From an uncultured Gammaproteobacteria bacterium (GTDB taxonomy: Bacteria; Pseudomonadota; Gammaproteobacteria; Steroidobacterales; UBA11654), in the NCBI GenBank assembly GCA_902634075.1, contig CACPJA010000003.1, positions 8,407 through 72,406 of the forward strand: a stretch of 64,000 bases of DNA, given 5' to 3'. How positions within the stretch are numbered: position 1 is the stretch's first letter; each line of letters opens with the position of its first letter. Below the pieces are notes generated by a model. The model saw only the letters and a program-made list of their open reading frames with translations, searched no databases and was not told the origin of the DNA. A program made the position numbers and the translations under genes. Shown piece by piece: positions 11,231 to 20,186 of the stretch.

Positions 11231-12388
11231 ATGACCATGCAAATCCCTCTCATGCAGGATCTGGATCTGCAGGGATTGCGAACGATGATCCGCTTGGATT
11301 TAAATGTTCCAATCAAAGAGGGGGTTATTACCAGTGATGCAAGAATCAGGGCAGCCATACCCACCATAGAGATGGCTTTGGATAAAGGCGCAAGAGTAAT
11401 TTTACTCTCTCACCTAGGTCGACCCGATCCCGATGCGCTTGACGGTTCATTCAGTTTAGAGCCAGTGGCAAAACACTTAGGAGATCTGATGGGCAGATCG
11501 GTAAATTTTTGCATCGATTGGCTTGACGGTATCCCGGAGAACGATATTACTCTCTGTGAGAACACCAGGTATTTTAAAGGTGAGAAATCCAATGATGATT
11601 CGCTAGCAAATAAGATGGCTTCGCTCTGTGATGTTTTTGTTATGGACGCTTTTGGCGCCTCGCATCGAAAGCATGCAAGCACCTATGGGGCAGCTAAGGC
11701 CTCAAGTCAGGCTTGTATCGGTCCGTTATTGAACAGAGAAGTCGAGGTTTTATCACAAGCCTTGGTTAATCCTGATAAGCCTCTGGTGGCAGTTATTGGT
11801 GGGGCAAAGGTTTCATCAAAACTAGGGGTTATCGAATCGTTATCAAAAATCTGCGATCACATCATTGTCGGTGGCGGTATAGCCAACACCTTCCTGATGG
11901 CATCGGGTTTTGAGATCGGACAATCATTAAGCGAATCCGATATGGTCGAGCCTGCTAGGCAAATTCTAGACCTCAAAGGGGTCAATGTGCCTTTGCCCGT
12001 TGATGTTATAACTGGCAAGGAATTCTCAAGCGATGCTGAGGCTGAAATTAAAGCCATTGATCAAGTAGTAGGGGATGACTTGATTCTGGATATAGGTCCT
12101 GAAACAGCTATGATCTATAAAGACGTTATCGATCAATGTCGAACCATTATTTGGAACGGTCCCGTCGGCGTATTTGAGTTTGAACAATTCAGTGAGGGCA
12201 CACGCTTTCTATCGGCAGCCATAGAATCCAACCCTGGGTTTAAAATTGTTGGGGGTGGCGATACGGTGGCAGTTGTGGAAAAATATCAAATCACTGATTC
12301 AATCAGCTATATTTCGACCGGTGGTGGAGCCTTTCTTGAGTTTGTTAAAAGTGGAACACTGCCCATACTTGATTTATTAAAAGGATAA
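11231..12388 (+). CDS. pgk: phosphoglycerate kinase
   Basis: RLDLNVP, SHLGRP, GGAKVSSK, WNGPVGVFE, STGGGAFLE. Confidence 0.97.
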   Translation: MTMQIPLMQDLDLQGLRTMIRLDLNVPIKEGVITSDARIRAAIPTIEMALDKGARVILLSHLGRPDPDALDGSFSLEPVAKHLGDLMGRSVNFCIDWLDGIPENDITLCENTRYFKGEKSNDDSLANKMASLCDVFVMDAFGASHRKHASTYGAAKASSQACIGPLLNREVEVLSQALVNPDKPLVAVIGGAKVSSKLGVIESLSKICDHIIVGGGIANTFLMASGFEIGQSLSESDMVEPARQILDLKGVNVPLPVDVITGKEFSSDAEAEIKAIDQVVGDDLILDIGPETAMIYKDVIDQCRTIIWNGPVGVFEFEQFSEGTRFLSAAIESNPGFKIVGGGDTVAVVEKYQITDSISYISTGGGAFLEFVKSGTLPILDLLKG

Positions 12389-12391
12389 CTT

Positions 12392-13675
12392 ATGAACTTT
12401 CTTAAAAACATTATTAATAAGGCAGCAAAAATTGAAGCCAATGAAATTCGAGCTGTATTACTCTCATTTGCCTTTGTCTTTTCATGCCTAGCCTCCTACT
12501 ACATCATCCGATCGGTTAGAGACGGCATGTCAAGTGACTGGAGCGATGCTGAGCTTAGCACCATTTGGACGTTCACGTTTTTTATTAGTTTTTTCGTGGT
12601 CTCCTTCTACGGCTACATTTGCTCAAAGATTAAGTTCAAATATCTTGTCCCGGGTGTTTATGGCTTTTTTGCGGCTACTTTCATATTGTTATTTGCACTC
12701 ATCAATTCTTTCCCAGAGATGGACAGAATTAACCAGGTTTTCTACGTTTGGGTGAGTGTCTTTAGTTTATTGAACATTTCGGTCTTCTGGAGTTTTATGG
12801 CTGACACCTATTCAAAACAGCAAGCCAAACGACTCTTTGGCTTTATTGCTTCAGGCAGCAGCCTTGGAGCCATCTTTGGACCAACCATTTCCCTCTTATT
12901 TGCCGGTCAAGTCGGATCGGATACACTCGTATTGATCTCTGCAGTGATGCTCTTAATTCCAATGATCATTGCAATCTATCTCAGTAAAATTAAAGAGACA
13001 GATTTAGATAACACCGCATCAGCAGAATACAATGAAAGCCCGATGTCGGGTAATTTCTTAGACGGTTTCGTTGAATTTTTAAGAACACCGTTATCCAAAA
13101 ACATTCTCTTTGGAATCGGCATGTTCATTGTTCTCTATTCAGGGATGAGCACCTTTGTCTATTTTGCAATTAAAAACATTCTTACTGATATTGATCAAGA
13201 CACCCGAACTCAAATTTGGGCAGGAATCGATCTAGCGACAAATATCCTTGCTGTCTTCACGGCAATGTTTGGCACCAGCCGTTTGGCTAAACGTTATGGT
13301 TTATCTGTAACCCTTTCCTTAGTTCCTGCAATCATTATTGTTGGAATGTTTGTTCTTGCACTCTCACCGATTCTTTGGGTGGTCGTTGGCCTTCAAGTTA
13401 TTAGACGAGCAGGGGAGTATGCGATTACAAAACCAGCGCGTGAGATGTTATTTACCTTGGTGGATCGTGAATCACGCTTCAAAGCCAAAAGTGTGATCGA
13501 TGTGGTTGTCTATCGAGCTGGTGATATTTTCTGGGCTTGGGGCTTTACAGGACTAACACAAGTCTTAGGATTAGGTTTAGGCGGTGTTGCCGCAATTGGT
13601 GGCGGTGTTGCTATGATTTGGACCGCATTGGCATTAAGATTGGGACGTGTCTTTGATGCTGAAGTAACCGATTGA
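12392..13675 (+). CDS. MFS transporter, ATP/ADP-translocase-like (NTT/TLC-related)
   Basis: YYIIRSVRD, SVFWSFMAD, QAKRLFG, KPAREMLFT, RFKAKSVIDVVVYRAGD; about 12 TM. Confidence 0.8.
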   Translation: MNFLKNIINKAAKIEANEIRAVLLSFAFVFSCLASYYIIRSVRDGMSSDWSDAELSTIWTFTFFISFFVVSFYGYICSKIKFKYLVPGVYGFFAATFILLFALINSFPEMDRINQVFYVWVSVFSLLNISVFWSFMADTYSKQQAKRLFGFIASGSSLGAIFGPTISLLFAGQVGSDTLVLISAVMLLIPMIIAIYLSKIKETDLDNTASAEYNESPMSGNFLDGFVEFLRTPLSKNILFGIGMFIVLYSGMSTFVYFAIKNILTDIDQDTRTQIWAGIDLATNILAVFTAMFGTSRLAKRYGLSVTLSLVPAIIIVGMFVLALSPILWVVVGLQVIRRAGEYAITKPAREMLFTLVDRESRFKAKSVIDVVVYRAGDIFWAWGFTGLTQVLGLGLGGVAAIGGGVAMIWTALALRLGRVFDAEVTD

Positions 13676-13691
13676 GCAAATATATTCTATC

Positions 13692-13704
13692 TAAGTTATT
13701 GATA
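13692..13704. promoter_or_regulatory. IHF-consensus site
   Basis: TAAGTTATTGATA is the reverse complement of WATCAANNNNTTR. Confidence 0.4.
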
Positions 13705-13906
13705 TATAAGAAGAAATAAAACAACATTAGATAAACCTTATAAGTGCTTGTTTTTTATACTAATAAAGAGTATATTAAACAACTGATTAAATGCCTATCT
13801 GATCTAGACAGATTTCCAAATAATCCAAATACTAATTAATAATCAATATGATACTGTAATTATTACTCTATCTATAGAGAGATAATAGGGTTAATCCTTA
13901 ATATCC

Positions 13907-13915
13907 TGTGGATAA
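13907..13915. promoter_or_regulatory. perfect DnaA box
   Basis: TGTGGATAA (reverse complement TTATCCACA) in an AT-rich intergenic region. Confidence 0.4.
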
Positions 13916-13947
13916 GTATAGTAATTGCAGTTTATTTGGAGAAAAAA

Positions 13948-16119
13948 ATGCAAAAAATGCTAATTAATATACTTACTCAAGTAGTTATTATCTTTATTTT
14001 CACAATCCTTTATTCCTTTTCATTACAAGCCAGCTCTCTTCATTCGAACATTACCCAATCCTATCAACCGAAGACCACGCCTTACGGTTTATTTTTTGCA
14101 GATGTTGATAGACTTGCAACTGAAGATGAAATCTTTGCAGCACCAACCTTGAAGACAGATGTTCATGTTGATGTACAAGGTTTATTGACTACAACAACGG
14201 TTAAACAATACTTTATTAATCCAACCAATACCTGGATGGAGGCAGTCTATTTATTCCCGCTTCCAGATAAATCTGCGGTTGATTTTCTTAGAATGAAAAT
14301 CGGAAACCGTTTTATTGAAGGCAAAATTCAGGAAAAAGAGGAAGCAGAAAAAACCTATGAAAAAGCAAAAAAAAGTGGTCAAAAAGCCTCTCTTGTAAGC
14401 TCTAGTAGAGCCAATATTTTTAAGACAAAGGTCACTAACATTGCTCCAAATGAACTAATCATTATAGAACTCCGTTACCATGACATCCTGACATTAAAAA
14501 ATGACTCTTACAGTTTAAGAATCCCTACCGTCATTAATTATCGCTATACACATTCAAAAAAAGAGCAGGAAGGTTATATGACATCAGAGGCCCCAGAATA
14601 TAATCCTGATATACACTCCCCTATTAACTGGAGTCAGAACTTTACGATTAATCCTTATTCCATTTCAATTGAACTAAACACAGGCTTTGATATTACAACT
14701 CCGAAAAGTTCCTTTCACGACGTATCTGTTGACAGTGTGTCCACGTCGTATCATAAGATCACTCTTGATGAGGGCAAGATTCCCTCAACAAAAGACTTCG
14801 TTTTGAGCTTCTCGCCAATTAAGTCACCAGAACCTTACATACAAATCTACGGAGAGGACATCGGTAAAGATCTTTATCTCTATGGGTTGATTAATCCACA
14901 AATTGAACAGCAAGATCTCACCGTGATGGAGAAAACTGCAATTACAATTGTCGCGGATGTATCAGGGAGTATGAGCGGGAAGTCTCTACGACAAATGCAG
15001 GAAGCCCTGATTGTGTTTATCAAGCAACTGCCTGAACATCATTTCATTAACATCATCTCTTTTTCTGATGACCATTATAAGTTATTTAAAGCGCCTCAAC
15101 CTGCTACCCAAAACATTAAGCAACAAGCCTTAAGTTTTGTTCGTAACATGGAAGCAACTGGCGGAACCAATATGCTTCCTCCTGTTTATGAAGCAATTTT
15201 AGGAAAATTTCCTTCGTTGATGAAGCAACAGGTGGTGCTGATGACAGATGGGGCTATCGATTATGAAACTAAGATGATGGCCACTATTTACGAGCATATC
15301 GGGGATAAGCGATTTCATGTAATCGGTATAGGCAGTGCCCCCAATTCTTTTCTCATCAAGGGGATAGCAAAGGCTGGGCGAGGAAGTTATTTATATGTTA
15401 ATGGCAATATCAAAGAAAAAATCAAGGAGCTTCTCTTTAAGATTAATCGCCCCATATTAGAAGATCTAAGAGTTGTGATGCTAAGGCAACACGAAATGCT
15501 GCCAAAAAAATTCCCAGATATCCTGGCAGATGAGCCCATCACCTTTTTCTTGAAAATTCCTGAAACAAAAATGAAAGATCTCAATAAGCCCTTTACGATA
15601 AAGGGTAACAAGCGATCCTCAGCATGGAAATTTTCGGTTGCACCTGATCAAATCCAAAAAGGTAAATACCTCAATCAACTATGGGCGCGTGAATTAGTTG
15701 CGGACCTCTCCTTTAAAGAAGCAATAGGTTTTTTGGATGCCATGCAACACCAACGATGGGTAACTGACCTTGGTCTCACTCATCATCTCATCACTGAGTT
15801 TACATCCCTAGTGGCTGTTGACCCCTTTGTCTCGCGTGATCAATCTAGTCCTTTGTTAAGCCGACAGATTGCACATAACATCCCGGATGGTTGGGAGCAC
15901 CCTGAGACAGTCAAAAAAATAAAAATGATGCAACAGCACTATAAGCAATTGAACCAAGGACCAATGGAAGCCTTGTATATCCTAGACGTAGATACGGCAA
16001 AAGCCCTTAATGTAAATTTTGTGAAAACTGCAACAAATAAGAATCTGTTTCTCCTGCTAGCCGTCCTTCTTTTTCTAGGCTCTTTTTTCCTTTTCAAAAT
16101 AGAAAGACGAATAGCATGA
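13948..16119 (+). CDS. marine proteobacterial sortase target protein (VIT + vWA domains)
   Basis: Signal peptide; VIT (EAVYLFPLP); MIDAS DVSGSM..T..TDG; C-terminal KTAT + TM + basic tail; adjacent sortase; SD GGAG before ATG 13948. Confidence 0.9.
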   Translation: MQKMLINILTQVVIIFIFTILYSFSLQASSLHSNITQSYQPKTTPYGLFFADVDRLATEDEIFAAPTLKTDVHVDVQGLLTTTTVKQYFINPTNTWMEAVYLFPLPDKSAVDFLRMKIGNRFIEGKIQEKEEAEKTYEKAKKSGQKASLVSSSRANIFKTKVTNIAPNELIIIELRYHDILTLKNDSYSLRIPTVINYRYTHSKKEQEGYMTSEAPEYNPDIHSPINWSQNFTINPYSISIELNTGFDITTPKSSFHDVSVDSVSTSYHKITLDEGKIPSTKDFVLSFSPIKSPEPYIQIYGEDIGKDLYLYGLINPQIEQQDLTVMEKTAITIVADVSGSMSGKSLRQMQEALIVFIKQLPEHHFINIISFSDDHYKLFKAPQPATQNIKQQALSFVRNMEATGGTNMLPPVYEAILGKFPSLMKQQVVLMTDGAIDYETKMMATIYEHIGDKRFHVIGIGSAPNSFLIKGIAKAGRGSYLYVNGNIKEKIKELLFKINRPILEDLRVVMLRQHEMLPKKFPDILADEPITFFLKIPETKMKDLNKPFTIKGNKRSSAWKFSVAPDQIQKGKYLNQLWARELVADLSFKEAIGFLDAMQHQRWVTDLGLTHHLITEFTSLVAVDPFVSRDQSSPLLSRQIAHNIPDGWEHPETVKKIKMMQQHYKQLNQGPMEALYILDVDTAKALNVNFVKTATNKNLFLLLAVLLFLGSFFLFKIERRIA

Positions 16120-16700
16120 AAAGATTCCCCATCCTTCTCCTGGCATTGACCCTGCTCTTAGGGGGAGGATACTTTGGTTTTAAGGTTTTTGAGATTGAAC
16201 TGAAGGCCCGTGCTTACCAGCCACTCTTGCAATATGCCTGGCAGAAAACGATCAAGACAGGAGCGGATCAACGCCCTTGGAGAAGTTTTGATGGCGTCCC
16301 CGTCTTACGCTTAATGATCCCCCGTCATGAAGTGGATCAAATAGTGCTCTCCGGGACATCGGGACAAGCCCTTGCATTCGGGCCGGCCTTTCATGAGGAA
16401 AGCAAGCTTCCTGGCAAGGGAGGAGCAACCGTGCTCTCAAGCCACCGTGATAGTCACGGAGTGTACATCAGACAATTGGAAAAAGGAGATACCATCAAGC
16501 TACAGGATCGCTTCCAACAATGGCATTCCTATACCATTGAGGACTTTTACATTCTCAACGTTAAGACCGATACCATCTCTACGACAAATACCAAAGAGGT
16601 GCTGCTCATCATTACCTGTTATCCCTTTAATGCTCTTGCATCCGCAACGCCTCTTCGCTATGTGGTCAGTGCGAGTCAGAATTTAGGACACAGGTTGTGA
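16116..16700 (+). CDS. class GN (marine proteobacterial) sortase
   Basis: N-terminal TM; LAFGP; catalytic His (SHRD), Cys (ITCYPF) and Arg (LRY); ATGA overlap with the target gene. Confidence 0.92.
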   Translation: MKRFPILLLALTLLLGGGYFGFKVFEIELKARAYQPLLQYAWQKTIKTGADQRPWRSFDGVPVLRLMIPRHEVDQIVLSGTSGQALAFGPAFHEESKLPGKGGATVLSSHRDSHGVYIRQLEKGDTIKLQDRFQQWHSYTIEDFYILNVKTDTISTTNTKEVLLIITCYPFNALASATPLRYVVSASQNLGHRL

Positions 16701-16737
16701 GTCAAGATGTTTATAAAGAAATTTATGTTAACGATTT

Positions 16738-16851
16738 ATGAATTTAATTAAACAATGCATTAAATATTTCCTGATTTCTCTAGGCATCATTTACATTTTT
16801 ACTAGCCTAGTTCTTTACATGTCAGTTTTACTGGTCCCTTTTTGGCGGTAA
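16738..16851 (+). CDS. putative 37-aa membrane microprotein
   Basis: Manual translation MNLIKQCIKYFLISLGIIYIFTSLVLYMSVLLVPFWR; similar to the next small ORF. Confidence 0.5.
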   Translation: MNLIKQCIKYFLISLGIIYIFTSLVLYMSVLLVPFWR

Positions 16852-16857
16852 AAAAGA

Positions 16858-16995
16858 ATGATGAAGCTAATTAAAAAAACGGTTGAATATATTCTGATTA
16901 CTTTGGGTATATTTTTTCTAATAGGGTTGTGGTTGTTCAATCCTAATAGTGATCATTGTAAAGAGAATCCTGGTGATGTTTTCTTCTGCGATTAA
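16858..16995 (+). CDS. putative 45-aa single-TM microprotein
   Basis: Manual translation MMKLIKKTVEYILITLGIFFLIGLWLFNPNSDHCKENPGDVFFCD. Confidence 0.55.
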   Translation: MMKLIKKTVEYILITLGIFFLIGLWLFNPNSDHCKENPGDVFFCD

Positions 16996-17009
16996 AAGAT
17001 GGAGTATTA

Positions 17010-17321
17010 ATGAAACAATTAAGATTTTTTGATGTCCCCATTGAGGAATGGAATCATTTAAAGCGAATTAACTGTGTTAAAAAGGAATTAAAACAAGCCT
17101 ATATGTATAACAATGATTATAAGATTCTTCGTAAAGACTTTGAATTACTTTTACAGTTGGCTGAAGAAGATTTTAGAAATGAGAAGATAGTTGATATTGA
17201 AAAAGCTAGAACAAAAAAACGCATTGAAGATGATTTAATAACAATTGAAGATCAACTGCAGGCTATTAAAACATATATAGTAGAGGCCCATTATTGGCTG
17301 GATATAAACAAATACTACTGA
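17010..17321 (+). CDS. hypothetical helical protein
   Basis: 103 aa, SD GGAG, followed by a terminator hairpin. Confidence 0.65.
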   Translation: MKQLRFFDVPIEEWNHLKRINCVKKELKQAYMYNNDYKILRKDFELLLQLAEEDFRNEKIVDIEKARTKKRIEDDLITIEDQLQAIKTYIVEAHYWLDINKYY

Positions 17322-17330
17322 GGTTGTTTT

Positions 17331-17360
17331 AAACTCTTTGCGCTGCAAAGAGTTTTATTT
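17331..17360. terminator. intrinsic terminator, probably bidirectional
   Basis: AAACTCTTTGC-GCT-GCAAAGAGTTT followed by a T-rich tail, between convergent genes. Confidence 0.7.
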
Positions 17361-17372
17361 GTTTGAAAGTTA

Positions 17373-17681
17373 TCAAATGACCAAGTAAAGAATTAATTCT
17401 TTTGTAGGCGGTATACCTGCTGCAAGCAGAATTGATAGTGCTAGGATAATTAACCCATATTGAATTAACTCAAACTTATGCATCTCTATAAACTCATCAG
17501 CTCTTTTAATAGCAAGGGCTAGATATGCTTTATAGTCGATGTTCTTGAGGTTTATTTTTTGTTCTGCAGGTAAGACAGGCACGAGTTTGTTCTTCATCTC
17601 GATAGCATGTTCTGCGATTGTCCAGGGCATGAGAGTAAAACCTGCCGCCGCGACTATTAATTCTCTTCTTGTTGATGGCAT
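17373..17681 (-). CDS. hypothetical membrane protein with a twin-arginine-like N-terminus
   Basis: STRRELI + hydrophobic stretch; C-terminal TM; 1 nt from the upstream gene. Confidence 0.55.
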   Translation of the reverse strand: MPSTRRELIVAAAGFTLMPWTIAEHAIEMKNKLVPVLPAEQKINLKNIDYKAYLALAIKRADEFIEMHKFELIQYGLIILALSILLAAGIPPTKELILYLVI

Positions 17682-17682
17682 A

Positions 17683-18510
17683 TCAGTCTAAATGTTTAGT
17701 TAAAAAATCAACTGTCTTTTCCCATGAGTCTTCAGCAGCTTTTTGTTCATAAGCAATCCCTGAAGCATTGGCAAAAGCATGTTTAGCTCCTTCGTATATA
17801 TGAACACTGGCGTCTTTGTTCAAGTCTTTCAAATGCTGATCGAATTCAACAAACTGTTTGTGCAGTCTGTCTTTGGTTCCTACAAAACCAATAATAGGCA
17901 TCTCCAGAGTAGCTATCTGTTCCTTGTCATTAACTAAACTCCCATAATAAATTACTGTCGCATCTATTTGATCTGGTAACATCAAGGATCCCCTTAGTGA
18001 CCACTTGCCGCCCAAACACCAACCAATTATGCCAACCTTTTCAATCCCTTTTTCCTTGGTTAAGTAGTCGTAAGCAGCTTTCAAGTTGGCCAACGCCGAG
18101 GCTTCATTATTTGACAAATTGGTGCTCAGCTGAAAGGCCTCTCTTACTTCGGTTGCCGATTGACCGTCATAAAGATCCACAGCCAGGGCGGTATATCCAA
18201 GGCCAGCTAATTGATCTGTCATTAAATGAATGTCTTCGTTCAGCCCCCACCATTCATGAATCACAATTAAGCCAGATTTTTTATTAACAGCTGTTGATTG
18301 ACTAAGATAGCCTCTATGATTTTGGTCTCCAGTTTTTCCATAAACAACAAACTCATTAGATGTCGGAGACTCTGGGGTCCTAAGAGCTCCTTCCGAAGTT
18401 ATGGGGACATCGCTACTGTGATCAACAAATTCACCCAAAAACATGTCTGCTTGGACATTATTTTGGTTTAGAGAAAGTATTAGCAGGCTAAATATAAGTA
18501 TTATTTTCAT
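17683..18510 (-). CDS. dienelactone hydrolase family protein (exported)
   Basis: IHEWWGLN, GWCLGG nucleophile, HAF; signal peptide. Confidence 0.9.
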   Translation of the reverse strand: MKIILIFSLLILSLNQNNVQADMFLGEFVDHSSDVPITSEGALRTPESPTSNEFVVYGKTGDQNHRGYLSQSTAVNKKSGLIVIHEWWGLNEDIHLMTDQLAGLGYTALAVDLYDGQSATEVREAFQLSTNLSNNEASALANLKAAYDYLTKEKGIEKVGIIGWCLGGKWSLRGSLMLPDQIDATVIYYGSLVNDKEQIATLEMPIIGFVGTKDRLHKQFVEFDQHLKDLNKDASVHIYEGAKHAFANASGIAYEQKAAEDSWEKTVDFLTKHLD

Positions 18511-18638
18511 GGTTTATAAATCCTAACAAATTTAAAAACTATTCACACTGTCTATAGTTGTTGTAAGAGTTGCTTATGATTTATTTAAAAGTCGTAACTC
18601 AGTTACGAGTTATATAATGAATTTTAAATTGATGCGTT

Positions 18639-19568
18639 TCAATCGTTTGCATCTTCGTTGGAAAGTTGTTTCATCCTATCAATTGATTTGCCCATTTGAT
18701 TTACTCTTGTTGTTTGTTTATCAATATTATTAGAAAGGGTTTGGGCATTACTTTTAATTGAATTCGCATTACTTTTAAGTTGAATAAATTCATTTTCTAC
18801 ATCATGCAGTGCCGCTAGAACATGATCAGCTCTTTCACTGATGATTATCCTTTGTTGGTTGGCCAATAAAATACTAAGTTCAGTGGCAAGCAGATTAGGG
18901 CCAACAATTAAAACCTTTCTCTCTAAACTGGCAAAATATTCAGGAAGACTTTTATCCGTAGCATCATGTTTCAAAGAAAGAATGATTCTTAAGCAATCTT
19001 CACTGGGTATATACATATATGCAAGATTAGGAGTCCGACCCTCTACAATATATTTAGTGATCTTTTTTGCCTCATCAATAACAAAGGTTCTTATTTCGCT
19101 TTTATGTATCTCAGCAGCATTTCTATCACCTTGCTTTAATGCAGAAAGATAGTTTGTATAGGAAGTGTATGGAACCTTTGAATCTATAGGAAGGAAGAGG
19201 TTATTTTCTAGCTTGATAGCAAATTCAACATTCGCCCTGTTGGTCTCATCGGGTCGCCATCTTTCTACGTACATTTCACTAGGTAAAAAATCTTTAATAA
19301 TCGATCCCAAATTCCATTCAGCAAAACTTCCCACCTCGGCTGATCCAGCCATAAAAGTTTGTAATTTTTCCATGGGTGACTTAAAGTTTTTTACATCATC
19401 TTTTATTTCTTTAATTGAAAGAACCATTTCGGTTAAGCGATTATCATCTTCTGCCGTTTCTTCATCCTCAGAGCCTTGAGTATTTATTGATTTCTTTATT
19501 AAGCTAATAAGATAGAACAACAATCCAGAGAGAAGAAGAACTGAAGCCAGAATTATATAATCAAACAT
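18639..19568 (-). CDS. rmuC: RmuC family DNA recombination protein
   Basis: N-terminal TM, coiled coil, G..AE..L, VEFAIKL...LPIDSKVP, YIPSE, VGP motifs; divergent member. Confidence 0.75.
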   Translation of the reverse strand: MFDYIILASVLLLSGLLFYLISLIKKSINTQGSEDEETAEDDNRLTEMVLSIKEIKDDVKNFKSPMEKLQTFMAGSAEVGSFAEWNLGSIIKDFLPSEMYVERWRPDETNRANVEFAIKLENNLFLPIDSKVPYTSYTNYLSALKQGDRNAAEIHKSEIRTFVIDEAKKITKYIVEGRTPNLAYMYIPSEDCLRIILSLKHDATDKSLPEYFASLERKVLIVGPNLLATELSILLANQQRIIISERADHVLAALHDVENEFIQLKSNANSIKSNAQTLSNNIDKQTTRVNQMGKSIDRMKQLSNEDAND

Positions 19569-19749
19569 TTATTTATTATAACACTCATGCGTCATAATAT
19601 GTCGTATCGATAATGAAGTAATATTTCTAAATCCAACTTGACAAAACTAAAAAAAATATTATAATGGGAAGACTTTTAAGCGACGAAAAAGTAAAAGACT
19701 TCCCAAGGGATATTAAAATCAAGCAATATAACATTTTACAGGAGTAAAC

Positions 19750-20019
19750 ATGGAGCCAATAACGCCAATAAATAACCACACAAACAAAGCCACTTATAAG
19801 CAAACCTGGGCTGTCGCCTTCCACTTTGCAAGAGCCAATACAAATAACTATCCAGCAATAAGTGTCGATATTCTTGCTAGGAGAATCTGGGCATCAATGC
19901 TGAGTTATTATGATGAGACTAATTCCGTCTTGTATGCTAATGAGGTCAGCCAGTATTTAGACGATCAAATAGACTGTCCAAAATCTGTTCTCGATCGAAT
20001 CATTTATAACGAATCTTAA
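19750..20019 (+). CDS. hypothetical protein
   Basis: 89 aa with SD CAGGAG. Confidence 0.6.
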   Translation: MEPITPINNHTNKATYKQTWAVAFHFARANTNNYPAISVDILARRIWASMLSYYDETNSVLYANEVSQYLDDQIDCPKSVLDRIIYNES

Positions 20020-20186
20020 GCTGAGCCTCTCTTTAGATCCTCTTCTACCCTTGTTCGGGGAAAACAGATATATCCTTGTCTGATTTCTCTAGAGAAGGTC
20101 ACTTTTCTTGATGCATAAAAAAAATCTAATTCGATCTTTCAAAGATCAAGACTTATACTAGATTTTATTATTGGGTTTAAAAAGTA

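Noticed and set aside
19627..19824. Minus-strand 65-aa ORF and a 27-aa plus-strand ORF near 19664
   Set aside because: No SD or motif support; the minus ORF overlaps the better supported 19750 gene
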